Virus record (IMG/VR): IMGVR_UViG_3300017780_002487
Coordinates: 1-36,309 of that record
Strand: one strand, 5' to 3'
Source of the DNA: a virus
Taxonomy: Duplodnaviria > Caudoviricetes
DNA length: 36,309 nucleotides
Part shown: piece by piece, positions 7,102 through 17,572 of the stretch
How positions within the stretch are numbered: the first letter of the stretch is position 1
Layout of the letters: each line of letters opens with the position of its first letter
Made by a program: the position numbers and the translations under genes
The notes under the pieces: generated by a model
Database searches by the model: none
The model's input: the letters and a program-made list of their open reading frames with translations, nothing else
What the model was told of the DNA's origin: nothing

Positions 7102-9777
7102 TCAAGGTTCCGTTGATAGTACAGTTACCGCATTGCCCGGCCATAATATGCACAATTGAGTTTTCCCGCTGCCGTTGTCCCTTGTGAACAATCTAGCTCG
7201 GTTGGCTACTGGCTGGCTTGGGGTTGCCGCCAATTCTTGCAACTCCACAAATTCACGAATTAGCGCACGTCTTGGGCGTTTGTTTGCCGTTCCCAAATCA
7301 TAAACGCCGTCATCAGAGAACTCAAGGCTTCCACGCGCCTGACCTTGCCACAAAGATAGTGTGCCTTGCGTTGCCAATGGATTCACAATCATAGACCGCA
7401 TTGCAAACGCATAGCACAGGTCGGAGAACATAAAAGTGCCAAGCTGCGGTAAACCTTGCCGTAAGTGGTGCGACATTGCGTGCTCTAATGCCATTGCCCC
7501 CTTTTTAGGCTCTTGTCGATAACGAACCGCGACATAGGCAATAACCAAAGAGGCCAGAGTGTCAGGGTTTCTATACCACCAAGTAGGAAATACTCGGTTT
7601 ACGAACTCATACCCGTGGCCGTACAGGTCAGCGATGATTTCGGGGGAGGTTCCTACCGGCACTTGGTGCAATTCAGGGAAAATTGCCGCCATCATGTCCG
7701 GGTAAAACGCTTGGTTCACAGTCAAAGCATTATCTGCAAAGCGCCATTCTTTTGTTGATGCCTTGTAGAGTGCTTTAACGCCATTCGCAACGCCTGCTGC
7801 TATATTCCCGTAGTAAGTTGTGTCAGCGTCTCCGATGGCCGCCAGCATGTCTGAAAACGCTTTTAAGCCGGAGTAATTCTCGCAGTTGTCCTGCAAGTAG
7901 CAGACAGGCCATTTTTCTAGTGCGTTTGAATGCAATTCATTTTGAAAAGTGGTTATCAAACCTTGGGCAAGTGGGTACTGATAACGCCATTGCGCCGTAC
8001 CATCAATAATAAAAACAGTTGGGTCGGTTCCACTTGGACCGCTACCGCTAGAGGCCGATGTGCCTGAAGTTGTGCATAGATATACTGAGCCATTGGCCTC
8101 GCGATACAAGCCACGCGTATATGCCGTTGAGGTCGCCCAGGTTGTGTATGATTTTTGACATCTCGCAAGGTTTGAGAACGCGACGTTTTTAAGTGTGGTT
8201 AGGTTTGTTTGGTTGTGTACGTTTGTAGCGCTCAGCCATGAATAATCATTCTTGATTTTCAACCACTGAGCCACTAGGCGCAAAAACGATGAGGCATAGG
8301 CATCATGCGAGTCTGCCGGACGAATTGAATATCTATCCTGTTGCAAATCGTTTACATACCAGTCGGTGCCTGTTGTAAACACGCCTACTGGATTCATAAA
8401 GTACCAAGTGACACCACCATCATTTATAACATCTGAAGTTCCGGTTGGCGCTGTTGCTCCGGTGGTTCCGCTTGTACTTGCTTGGTAAATGTTGCCGCTA
8501 GACGTTCTGCGCTGGCCTGCCGTAATTGCTTGGCCTGTTGCCCATGCCACATATTCACCTACGTGCGGGTAAATATATTTCCATGTGACGGTTCCGTCTA
8601 CAATTGCCGTTCCTGTTCCACTTGGCGCCGTTACTCCAGTGGTACCACCAACGGTGGCGCGGTATACGTTTCCATTGATATAACGCTTCATTCCTTTTTG
8701 GATTGCCACACCTGAAAGCCAGCGGGTAATCAAATTGAAAATGTATGCGTCCAAGTATTCTTGAATTCTAGTGTTGCCCAGCCTATCTAAAATATAAAAG
8801 ATGCCAAGATTTGAGAAATACCAAACCACGCCATTATTCACGCCCCAACGATATGAGCCTTGCATGTCAAATTCAGCAATAAAAAACCATTTAACTGAGC
8901 CATCGACAAATACATAACATTGCAACTCTTCATCCCAAGTTGGACCGACAAAGCCACTTGGAGCACTTGCAGCGCCGGTAACACCAGATTGCAGGCAGAT
9001 ATAAAGGTTATCGCCAATCTTTACCTTTGCGCCATAATTGAAAAATGTATTTGCAGCATAGGAAAGCGCAGTCTTTGGAATGTCAAAATCACCAATAATT
9101 TTATTAAAATCTAACGACGCTTCAGGAACGTAAACACGGTCAGAGGTGACACGGTTCCGCATGTCAGACAGGCCGAGGATTTTTGACGAATCAGTCTGAA
9201 CCCTGCAAATCTTGGCCTTGTCGTTTTCCTCTGTCAATAGCCAATAAGTAGCGTTTGACTTTGCAAACAATTGACCGGCCTTGTCAATGTACACGTCCGT
9301 GTATGTATTTGTAGAAAAAGAAAGAACCTGCCCGGGAAATGTAACCTGATTTCCCTCAACCCATGCCGTGCCAGTCGGAAAAGTTGCAGTGAGGTTATTC
9401 CACCCGCCAGTTGGTGGAAGTGGCAACAATCCATCAATCACGTAAGGGTAGGAGTTATTAGCGCCGTTTGCAGCTGCTGTTGATTCGGTTTCATTTAAAA
9501 GTGATGAGAAAACAAAATTCTTATTTTTGTCACGCAAGGTTATAGAATAATTGCTAGGCACATAAACATTAGCCGGGCTTCCATTTCTTGAGGCATAGCC
9601 GTTTACGGTTCGCACTGGCTGGCTTGCTTGAATAGTTAAACTTTCATCCCAGTAAATTTGAATCGGTACAGTTTCAGGGTTTTGCCCATATTCACCGAAA
9701 TAAATGTAACCATTTTCTAATGGCGTACCATCAGTTCCGTAATAAACTTCAAACGGTGATTTTGCTGTTTGTGCCAT
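7102..9777 (-). CDS. Tailspike/receptor-binding protein with P22-type head-binding domain, glycosidase-like core and four CBM-like repeats
   Basis: DGTPLENGYIYFG...NPET.PI.IYWD...QPVRT.NGY N-terminus; position after gp16; internal repeats. Confidence 0.8.
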   Translation of the reverse strand: MAQTAKSPFEVYYGTDGTPLENGYIYFGEYGQNPETVPIQIYWDESLTIQASQPVRTVNGYASRNGSPANVYVPSNYSITLRDKNKNFVFSSLLNETESTAAANGANNSYPYVIDGLLPLPPTGGWNNLTATFPTGTAWVEGNQVTFPGQVLSFSTNTYTDVYIDKAGQLFAKSNATYWLLTEENDKAKICRVQTDSSKILGLSDMRNRVTSDRVYVPEASLDFNKIIGDFDIPKTALSYAANTFFNYGAKVKIGDNLYICLQSGVTGAASAPSGFVGPTWDEELQCYVFVDGSVKWFFIAEFDMQGSYRWGVNNGVVWYFSNLGIFYILDRLGNTRIQEYLDAYIFNLITRWLSGVAIQKGMKRYINGNVYRATVGGTTGVTAPSGTGTAIVDGTVTWKYIYPHVGEYVAWATGQAITAGQRRTSSGNIYQASTSGTTGATAPTGTSDVINDGGVTWYFMNPVGVFTTGTDWYVNDLQQDRYSIRPADSHDAYASSFLRLVAQWLKIKNDYSWLSATNVHNQTNLTTLKNVAFSNLARCQKSYTTWATSTAYTRGLYREANGSVYLCTTSGTSASSGSGPSGTDPTVFIIDGTAQWRYQYPLAQGLITTFQNELHSNALEKWPVCYLQDNCENYSGLKAFSDMLAAIGDADTTYYGNIAAGVANGVKALYKASTKEWRFADNALTVNQAFYPDMMAAIFPELHQVPVGTSPEIIADLYGHGYEFVNRVFPTWWYRNPDTLASLVIAYVAVRYRQEPKKGAMALEHAMSHHLRQGLPQLGTFMFSDLCYAFAMRSMIVNPLATQGTLSLWQGQARGSLEFSDDGVYDLGTANKRPRRALIREFVELQELAATPSQPVANRARLFTRDNGSGKTQLCILWPGNAVTVLSTEP

Positions 9778-9789
9778 TATTATTCTTTC

Positions 9790-11721
9790 TTATCTAACAG
9801 TAAATTGGTTTGTTTTTGAAGTAGATTTTTCTTTTAAAATGTCTTTCATTGACTTCAAGGCATTTTCTCTATTTACTCCACGCAAATCCTGTAACTTTTC
9901 AAAAGCCAAATCCATTGCTCTTTGAGCGGCTTTACCACGCGCTATTGCTTCTCCGGTTTCCATTGCTTGTGACACTTGACCTTTTAGTGATGTATCTGCC
10001 GCAGCGCCAAACATTCTATCTAATTCATTTACAAAAATTAACTGATTAACAACGTTGTCGTTAGATTTTAATCCGTATGACGATGCTGTGTTTTCTATGT
10101 TATCCAGAGCATCGATCATATTAACCCGAGAGGAATAATTACTTGTTAATTTTCTAGCCGCTGTTCCAATTGACTTATTTGCGTTTTCAGAATCTAAATT
10201 TATATTTGTTCCAATTGCTTTTTGAATATCAGAAAGCGCTGATGTTGTTTCAGAGTATTTTTTATTTGCTTTTTGATACTCTGGGAATTTTTCACTAAGA
10301 GATTCATTTAAATTTCTGCGAAGATTTTTCAAAATCTTTTCCGCTTGAGTAGTTAATGGCGTTCCAATAGATTTTGAACCCCAACTAACTTGCGTATCAA
10401 TAAATCTTTTTGCGTTGTGAACGCCATAAGCGTCTGGCGCATTTACATCGCTTAATCTTTCTAAAACAGAGTTTAAAATTCTTTTTGCTGTTTTATCACC
10501 TTGGATGTCAGAGTTTTTTAAACTTGTGCTTATAACTCCACTTGGTGAAATTTCTACCTTAACTCCGATTTTTTCTAAATCATTAAGAAATGAATTTATA
10601 GCAGGTTGATAATCAACTCTTTGACCTTTTAATTGTGTTTCCGCTATTTTTTCAATTTCTTTTCCAGCATTTTTTCTTTGGTTTGCAACAAATTGAATTT
10701 TGTTGTCTATGGTTTCTCCAAGGACGTCAGCCGGCCTGTTTTGAATCCTAAACTTTTCGCTTTTTTGCCCAAGCTCAAAAATGTTGAGCATTTTATTCAT
10801 TGCTTTTTTATCAGTATCAGACGCTGTTTTAATACTTGCAATTGCTCCTTCTTTCCACCCTTGTTTTAATGCCTGCTCTGCGGTCAAGTCTGGAATTACT
10901 TGAGTCCCCGAAAGTTTAAACTTTACAACGTCAGTAGAATCGGGTTCTAAATTTAATTTCTCATAAATTTGCTTATTTTTTTCTGGTGAAATTTTTGCGG
11001 AAATTGTTGATTTTATACTTTGCGCTGACTCTTTAAATGTGGGCTCAATTTTCTCGCGGATACCTGCGCCTGCTGGCGCGATAGCCTGCGCAATCTTTTG
11101 AGTTCCAATTTTTACAGCTTGAGGTATTGATGGGGATATTCCGCCTGCGACTGTTGCTGCAATTTGTCCGGCGGTACCAGCGCCCATTTCTTTTGCGGTT
11201 TGGCCTGATGCCGCCCCCAGTGCTCCGCTTGCTATTTGATAACTTGGAACCGCAGCCATTGATTGCCCAACCGCACCCAATAATGGCGATGCTTGACCCG
11301 CCGCCATTTGCAACGCTTTACCAGCTGCAACACCGCCACCGGCTCCAGCTGCTCCGGTCATAGTTGCTTGAACAATTCTTTCCGCTTCTGTGTCTGGACG
11401 GGAAACCCCAATTCTAGTGAGCAAATCTTCAAGCTCATCAGTCGGGAGTTTGTATTTTGTTCCGAGCAAACTATTAACATAACTCACAATTGGATCGCCA
11501 ACCATCCCCGCCAATGTCGCTGCACCAGCACCGGCGAGCGCACCTGGAATAGCACCGACACCGCCAATTGGAGCGCCAGCCATAGCCCCTAAAGCCGCAC
11601 CAGTTGCAGGTAAGGCTAATCCTCTAGTTGCAGCTCCGGCCAATCCTGCAAGTGTTGTTGTTGGTTCTTCAGCTGGTAAAGATGAACCGCCAAGACTTTT
11701 TGCGAGCGCTTCATAATCCAT
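9790..11721 (-). CDS. DNA ejection protein (P22 gp16-like)
   Basis: 643 aa, Gly/Ala-rich hydrophobic N-terminal part, third gene of the ejection trio. Confidence 0.7.
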   Translation of the reverse strand: MDYEALAKSLGGSSLPAEEPTTTLAGLAGAATRGLALPATGAALGAMAGAPIGGVGAIPGALAGAGAATLAGMVGDPIVSYVNSLLGTKYKLPTDELEDLLTRIGVSRPDTEAERIVQATMTGAAGAGGGVAAGKALQMAAGQASPLLGAVGQSMAAVPSYQIASGALGAASGQTAKEMGAGTAGQIAATVAGGISPSIPQAVKIGTQKIAQAIAPAGAGIREKIEPTFKESAQSIKSTISAKISPEKNKQIYEKLNLEPDSTDVVKFKLSGTQVIPDLTAEQALKQGWKEGAIASIKTASDTDKKAMNKMLNIFELGQKSEKFRIQNRPADVLGETIDNKIQFVANQRKNAGKEIEKIAETQLKGQRVDYQPAINSFLNDLEKIGVKVEISPSGVISTSLKNSDIQGDKTAKRILNSVLERLSDVNAPDAYGVHNAKRFIDTQVSWGSKSIGTPLTTQAEKILKNLRRNLNESLSEKFPEYQKANKKYSETTSALSDIQKAIGTNINLDSENANKSIGTAARKLTSNYSSRVNMIDALDNIENTASSYGLKSNDNVVNQLIFVNELDRMFGAAADTSLKGQVSQAMETGEAIARGKAAQRAMDLAFEKLQDLRGVNRENALKSMKDILKEKSTSKTNQFTVR

Positions 11722-13082
11722 TATTGAACCCCAATCGCTTTTCTAAATTCATCCGCTGCATTTTGGCTTGGGAATATAAATTGTTTTCCATCTGGCGTAG
11801 TTACAGAAAATTTGGGTGATGGAATCTGTGGAACTTGATAATCTTTTGGCGCTGCACGACCGGCTCTAGACTTTAAAGAGTCCAAATACATTGGAATAGC
11901 TGCAAGTTTTTGCTTGCGCGTTTCTTCGTCATCGGTAAAGAGTGGCGTCAATTCTTCCAGTTTTTGCTTGGCTTCGTCTTTATTCACCCCAGCACCAGTG
12001 GCTGCACGAAGCAAGGCCTCGGAAAGAGAACTCGCCGCCTGAGTGAATTTTTGGCGATCTGTTCCGCGAAATAATGCTGCGCTCCTTTCTCCGACCAAAG
12101 GCACGCCTTCAACAGCAGATTCAATTACACCGGGGGCTTCGGCTCCAGTTTTTTTGCCCTCTTTTGTATACATTGCGCCAAGCATATTGTTGTATGCGTT
12201 GGTGGCTTGTGCCAACCAACCCGCCGCCTTACGCTCGTCTTCTGTGGCAACACCGCCACCTCCTTCAGTCTTTTTGCTCGGCAGCGGAAGGCCACTCAAT
12301 GCAGCTTTAAGGTCTAAACTTAACATTTTCCCTTGCGAGTCTAGATTTCTTGTCTCAACCCTGAATTTGTTAATCTGCGCTTGTTTAAAATTAAGCTCAG
12401 CCATTCTTGTTTTTAATTCTGTGTCGGCTTGAATCTGTTCTTTTTTTGCCTTGGCCTGCTCGAATTCTCGTGTTGCTTTCGCCTTTGAGATTTCATCTGT
12501 TGCGGTTTCAATTTTTATTCTGGCCTCGGCTTCCGCTTTCTCTGCTTTTGATTTTGCTTCTGAAACATCAGACGGTGCTTTTGCAATTTGCAAAAATCTT
12601 TCAGGATTAAGTGAAGACGCAATAAATGCTGATGACGCTTGAGCAATTTTTGGGTCTTTTTCTAATTGTGCTTTTAACTCAATGTAATCACTTGCGTCTT
12701 TTCCTGAGTTTTGAAATGCCTGTATCTTTGTATCTAAAAAATTTTTAGCGTAATCCACATTTCCATTTGAAATTGAATTATAGATTTTTGAAGCGTCATT
12801 AAATGCGCTTTTTTGCTGTTCTTCTGTAATTAATTTTCCACCTGCAAGAATGGCCTCTCTCTGCGATGGGTATTTAATTGCCAATTGGCCAAACGCTTCT
12901 GAAGTTCCCGATTTGAAAGCGTCTTGCATATCTTTAGAGTATTGCTCTTTTAATTTGAGCGCGTTTTCAGCCTCTTGTCGTTTTGATTGAATATCAGAAA
13001 TTGCCGAACCTGTTTGTAAACCCGATAAAAAGTTTTTCATTAAATCAGGTTGATTTTGTGGCATGTAATTAATTGGTTGCAT
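11721..13082 (-). CDS. DNA ejection protein (P22 gp20-like)
   Basis: MQPINY start, helical/coiled-coil, synteny. Confidence 0.7.
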   Translation of the reverse strand: MQPINYMPQNQPDLMKNFLSGLQTGSAISDIQSKRQEAENALKLKEQYSKDMQDAFKSGTSEAFGQLAIKYPSQREAILAGGKLITEEQQKSAFNDASKIYNSISNGNVDYAKNFLDTKIQAFQNSGKDASDYIELKAQLEKDPKIAQASSAFIASSLNPERFLQIAKAPSDVSEAKSKAEKAEAEARIKIETATDEISKAKATREFEQAKAKKEQIQADTELKTRMAELNFKQAQINKFRVETRNLDSQGKMLSLDLKAALSGLPLPSKKTEGGGGVATEDERKAAGWLAQATNAYNNMLGAMYTKEGKKTGAEAPGVIESAVEGVPLVGERSAALFRGTDRQKFTQAASSLSEALLRAATGAGVNKDEAKQKLEELTPLFTDDEETRKQKLAAIPMYLDSLKSRAGRAAPKDYQVPQIPSPKFSVTTPDGKQFIFPSQNAADEFRKAIGVQ

Positions 13083-13092
13083 TTTTTACTCT

Positions 13093-13803
13093 TTAAAAAG
13101 GTTTCCATCCAAGGCCGCCAGCAATTCCAGCCATTCCAGCAACGCTGCCCAATGTTTGCTGCAATTGACCGCCTTTTGCAATTTGACCGCCTGCCAATGC
13201 TGCACCTTGCTGCGCCAATAAATTGCCAATCGCTCCAGCCGATTGCATCCCGGCTCCTGCCTGCCCTGCTGCTGACGCTTGGCCAAGAGATGTAAGGCCA
13301 CCAAGGTTCGTATATCGCTGCTGCACTAATTGGTTTAATAATCCTGGGCGAAACTGTGCAAGTGCGCCCTGAATGTTTCCACCTCGTAAACCACCGGTAG
13401 CACTGGCCTGCTGCAATAATGCGTTCTCCCCTTGTTGTTGCATGGCCAGAAATTCGGGTGACTGCTGAATTCCTGCATACGCCGCTTTTTGAGCCTCTGC
13501 CCCCTGCAATCCTAAAATGGCCTGCTGTTGCCCAAGAGCGCCAGCTCCAGCAGTAACGTAAGGAGACATCAATTCGGTTAGTTTATCAAATTGCCTACGC
13601 TGCTCTGATATTCCTGCTTGTGCCGAACCAGCCTGAGTCTGCGCCGCTTCTTGTGCTGCATCTGCTTGTTGTTTTGCCCCACCAATAGACGCACCAAGGC
13701 CGGCACCAACAGCAGCGCCAGCAGGCCCGCCGATCATAAACCCTGCCGCAGCACCAGCAGCAGGAAGAACAAAACTTCCAACCGATTTTACTACTGAACC
13801 CAT
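13093..13803 (-). CDS. DNA ejection protein (P22 gp7-like)
   Basis: Gly/Ala/Gln-rich; EQRRQFD...PY...QQGENALLQQASATGGLRGGN..ALAQF. Confidence 0.85.
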   Translation of the reverse strand: MGSVVKSVGSFVLPAAGAAAGFMIGGPAGAAVGAGLGASIGGAKQQADAAQEAAQTQAGSAQAGISEQRRQFDKLTELMSPYVTAGAGALGQQQAILGLQGAEAQKAAYAGIQQSPEFLAMQQQGENALLQQASATGGLRGGNIQGALAQFRPGLLNQLVQQRYTNLGGLTSLGQASAAGQAGAGMQSAGAIGNLLAQQGAALAGGQIAKGGQLQQTLGSVAGMAGIAGGLGWKPF

Positions 13804-14255
13804 AATTCACCCCTTAAAATTCTAAATTGCAAAACATTCTGAACCTGTCCATTTTTAATGTTTGCATTTTGTTTTAAACCTTCAATTACAAAGCCAATTT
13901 TCATGCAAAAATTAATTACTTTTTGTGCAGAATGTATTACAGTAGTTGAAACCCTAAATACACTTCTTGTCTGAAAAATCATTTTTATAAAAGCAATTGC
14001 CAATTCTCTTGAGTGCTTTCTTGAATGTTTTTTTAAAAGTGAATGTAATTCGCTATCAAATGGCGACTTAATAACCTCAACGAAACATCCTGCAAATTTA
14101 TTATTCACATAGGCAGAATAATAAACCACGCTATTATCAATAATTGGCTCTTTTATATCATAATCACAAAATGAAGAAAGAATATATTTATCAGAGTAAA
14201 CATCATTCAATTCTTCATTTATTGAGTTTTTGATTATTTCAATCCTCGGATTCAA
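13791..14255 (-). CDS. GNAT-fold protein (P22 gp14/DUF2824-like)
   Basis: ELHSLL...VINFCMKIGFVIEG; position before gp7. Confidence 0.7.
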   Translation of the reverse strand: MNPRIEIIKNSINEELNDVYSDKYILSSFCDYDIKEPIIDNSVVYYSAYVNNKFAGCFVEVIKSPFDSELHSLLKKHSRKHSRELAIAFIKMIFQTRSVFRVSTTVIHSAQKVINFCMKIGFVIEGLKQNANIKNGQVQNVLQFRILRGELWVQ

Positions 14256-14649
14256 ACTCTTTTTCTTCCCATGCTTGGCAAGTTCTCAAGTTATGACAAA
14301 TAAAATCAAACTTATTGCAATAACCACGACCACCGCCATCTTTGTCTAAATCATTAAGCGGTATCTTTTCCATTTTGGCCATCGTGGCAGGTGTGTTATC
14401 AAAGTATTCACAATTAGCGCAAAATCTACGTCTTGCATCAGACTCTGAAACGCTCCACGCTTTTGATAATTTAACCCAAAATTGTTTATTGTCTTTTGGG
14501 TAGATTGAGGTTTTCTCCGGTCCAAGATTCCAATTAACTTTGACCATTTCTAGGTTTTTGTTATTCTCTTTTTCAGAGATAAATGGTTCCTCTGCCGGTA
14601 TACCAGAAAAAGAATAACCAATAAATTTAGGTGGCTTAATATCTTTCAT
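14239..14649 (-). CDS. Cys-rich hypothetical protein (HiPIP-like Cys pattern)
   Basis: CANCEYF...GYC...C...CQAW. Confidence 0.6.
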   Translation of the reverse strand: MKDIKPPKFIGYSFSGIPAEEPFISEKENNKNLEMVKVNWNLGPEKTSIYPKDNKQFWVKLSKAWSVSESDARRRFCANCEYFDNTPATMAKMEKIPLNDLDKDGGGRGYCNKFDFICHNLRTCQAWEEKEFESED

Positions 14650-14981
14650 GCAATTTCCCTACCTGAAGCACTGATTGTTAGTGATGATGCTGCACTTGCA
14701 AGCGTAGAAATAAACCCGCCATCCTCTAATACTTGCCCAGCCATTTCAGGGCAAATATAACACTCCCCCACCGCTATTAACCTAGTATTTAACACTCGGT
14801 TTGCTGTTGATGCTGAACCGCCAGATGGGATTAGGTTAATGCTTAATGATACGTTTGCAGCCGAATTATTTGTTACTGTGAATTTATCTATCACTGTTTT
14901 ACAGCCTGATGCAGTATATTGCGCTGTTTGTGAATTTTCAGCGAATTTTCTGGGAATAATGTTTTTAACTGTGATTACCAT
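14646..14981 (-). CDS. Small beta-rich putative virion protein
   Basis: TAQYTA...IDKFTVTN...CPEMAGQVL..GGFIST...SGREI, a recurrent gene after the needle in such podoviruses. Confidence 0.65.
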   Translation of the reverse strand: MVITVKNIIPRKFAENSQTAQYTASGCKTVIDKFTVTNNSAANVSLSINLIPSGGSASTANRVLNTRLIAVGECYICPEMAGQVLEDGGFISTLASAASSLTISASGREIA

Positions 14982-16168
14982 TAGATTACCTGATAAGTTG
15001 CTGAAAAAGCATATTTTGCATTTGCGATATTAACCGCATTGAAGCCAAATTCAAACACATCAGATGCAACGTTTGCAATAATGCTCCCATTGTCAGACTG
15101 CCCCGCCGTGGTGGTTGAGAACGTACCTCCAGCATTATTAACCGCAGAAAAATTACTTGCCACAGGGAGCGACATTCTGAGCACGCACGCCCCTGCTGCT
15201 GTTGGGTCTATATCCACAGTGCCGCTAACAGTTACAACGGAACCAACGCGCATCCATTGGCAAACTGCCGAAGTGCTGGCCGCTACGTTTGTAACGTTTG
15301 TGAGCGTAGGCGTATAAGTGCCAGACTTGATAACAGGGCCGGCCTCCCACCGCAAATTTGCTGCGTTATAAACCAGTGCATTGTCAGTAGCGGGGGAGGG
15401 GAGATATACATTGTGCAACTCGTCCAGCTCATACCCGTTATCAATTTTGATAAAAATCTCGCCAACAGAAGCATGGACCCGCACCACGAAGCCAACAATA
15501 ACCAAATGATTTGGCGAAACAGGTTTTACTTTTGTATACCCGCCAAGCGTCAGCGGTGACAAATAAAGCGTGTCTCCAGCGATTAAAGCGTTTCCATCAG
15601 AATCAGTAATCGTATTTAGTTTGCGAATCAATCCTGAGTTGATTACATACCCTTCTGCGCCGCTCGCAAGCGTTTCAGCCACGAAACCAAAGGTATGGTT
15701 AGACGTGGCCTCAGCGTCCGCTTTTGCACGGGCTACTTTGATTCTATTACCCTGCGCGCCTGTGATCTGAACAACCGTTCCACGTGGCAATGAACTTGCA
15801 GAGCCGTTAAAACAAAGTTGAATTTCACCTTGACCAAGTTTTGACGAAACGTTACCGCCTTTTAACACCAATTCCAGAGTGCCGTCTCCGTCATCATAAA
15901 AAACACGTCTGGCCTGCGCAACCGGAACCGATGAAATAGGGAAGTCCAAATAATCAAACTGCCTAGAATTTCCAGATACGCTCTCTGCTTGATTACCAGC
16001 CGATGAGCCTTGTAAATATGCTTCATTTGCCAAGTTGGTAAGCGTTACAATGTCAGCAGGCATAAGGTTGTAAACCTCATCCATGATTCGCTCAAATGCT
16101 TTTATTGCTTCATGGTTAGGCAGGAACTCCGCAAGTTGATTTCTAGTTAATGGCTGCTTTCTAGACAT
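14981..16168 (-). CDS. Tail needle (gp26-like N-terminus) with extended C-terminal domains
   Basis: LTRNQLAEFLPNHEAIKAFE directly after gp10; C-terminal GTYTPTL...WMRVGSVVTV beta domain. Confidence 0.6.
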   Translation of the reverse strand: MSRKQPLTRNQLAEFLPNHEAIKAFERIMDEVYNLMPADIVTLTNLANEAYLQGSSAGNQAESVSGNSRQFDYLDFPISSVPVAQARRVFYDDGDGTLELVLKGGNVSSKLGQGEIQLCFNGSASSLPRGTVVQITGAQGNRIKVARAKADAEATSNHTFGFVAETLASGAEGYVINSGLIRKLNTITDSDGNALIAGDTLYLSPLTLGGYTKVKPVSPNHLVIVGFVVRVHASVGEIFIKIDNGYELDELHNVYLPSPATDNALVYNAANLRWEAGPVIKSGTYTPTLTNVTNVAASTSAVCQWMRVGSVVTVSGTVDIDPTAAGACVLRMSLPVASNFSAVNNAGGTFSTTTAGQSDNGSIIANVASDVFEFGFNAVNIANAKYAFSATYQVI

Positions 16169-17561
16169 TTAGCGCCTCTATGTTGGCTTCCAACCTTAAA
16201 ATTGATATGTAGGCATCGCTTGTGCCTGTAAACCGCTGCAATCGCCAATTACGAAGCGCCCCTTGTTGAAACCAAACAATCCTTTTGTTTGATTGCCCTA
16301 TGGTTCCGGCAGAAACGAATTTCTCTTGACTCCAGTTTTCACCGTCGGTTGAATATGCCGTGCTAATTGTCGGGGTCGTTCCTAATGCCACCCGCCCAGT
16401 TAACGATACAAGTTCCAACTGATGAATCACCGCCCCTCGGCTTTCATTGTAAATAATAGATGTGCCAAACTGCCAGGTTATTGTCTGGCCATAATGAGTT
16501 GAAATTGAATCATCTAAATAACCATGCGCTGACGAAGTTGGGTCTCCACAAAGCCATTTGTTGTAACACCAGACAAAATTTCGCGCCCTATACTGGCCAA
16601 CGTTTGTAATGCTGCTAACAAGTTTAAACCAGACGGGCGTTTGCAATGCGTTAGAGGCCATTCCATCGTATACCCAAGTTCTATCAGGCAAATGTATATA
16701 TAGAAACTGATGTGATTTTGAGCCTCTTGACTCCATCACAACGTTTGCTAGTTGAGCCTCTGTATATGATGCCAACTCATAATCTATTTCTTGAGTTGAT
16801 AGTTTCGTGCATTGTCCGTTCGCGCCAATCCAAATCGCATTGTCTTCATGCCTACCGCCACCTAAAAAAGCCACGGCATCCATGTATACCGCACACGCTT
16901 GCGTGCCAATTGCACCACGTTGAATCTGCGCGCCTTCAATGCGTTCAAATGGGAACAATTCGCCACCCACGTTATCGAAAACCTCAATTGTGTGGCGGTT
17001 CAGAGCATATATTTCATTGCGCAATTTTAAGAGCGCCACTACTGGGTCTGGGTCTGCCTCAGATGAACCGTATTTCAATGGGTTCACTGACAGTGGGTTA
17101 TTTAACTCGGTAACCACTAAATACTGTCCATCCGTGGTCATAAAATAACCATCAACCCAAACAACATCAACGACGGTTCCCAAATCGACGTCAGTCACCT
17201 GAACAAATGTAGTTCCGTTGTAATAGTAAAGAGCGCCACTAGATGCCACCGCCAAGCGATCAAAAGAATAATCAAATGTAACCTGACCTGAGCCGCCAAC
17301 ATCGCCAATAACGGTGTATGCGCCAACGCTATCAATAGAAACTAATTTTGTCCCCATGACTCGATAACAAAGACCGTTCCATTCAATTCCCCCGCGATCA
17401 ACACCAGTTCCAGAGCCAAACTGAGTAATGCCATCAGCTTGACGGTAATAGCCATTACTGACTCCGTTTTCTTTTGGAACGGGGATTAGATTTTGTGGGT
17501 ATAAAGTTCTAACATTTGGCGCTCCATCTGTATATATGCCATTCAAAATTGGAATTTGCAT
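16161..17561 (-). CDS. Tail hub/DNA stabilization protein (P22 gp10-like)
   Basis: MQIPILNGIY...DRGGIEWNG..YRVMG.KL...SSEADPDP; start ATG 17561. Confidence 0.9.
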   Translation of the reverse strand: MQIPILNGIYTDGAPNVRTLYPQNLIPVPKENGVSNGYYRQADGITQFGSGTGVDRGGIEWNGLCYRVMGTKLVSIDSVGAYTVIGDVGGSGQVTFDYSFDRLAVASSGALYYYNGTTFVQVTDVDLGTVVDVVWVDGYFMTTDGQYLVVTELNNPLSVNPLKYGSSEADPDPVVALLKLRNEIYALNRHTIEVFDNVGGELFPFERIEGAQIQRGAIGTQACAVYMDAVAFLGGGRHEDNAIWIGANGQCTKLSTQEIDYELASYTEAQLANVVMESRGSKSHQFLYIHLPDRTWVYDGMASNALQTPVWFKLVSSITNVGQYRARNFVWCYNKWLCGDPTSSAHGYLDDSISTHYGQTITWQFGTSIIYNESRGAVIHQLELVSLTGRVALGTTPTISTAYSTDGENWSQEKFVSAGTIGQSNKRIVWFQQGALRNWRLQRFTGTSDAYISILRLEANIEALNV

Positions 17562-17572
17562 TTGCAATACCT

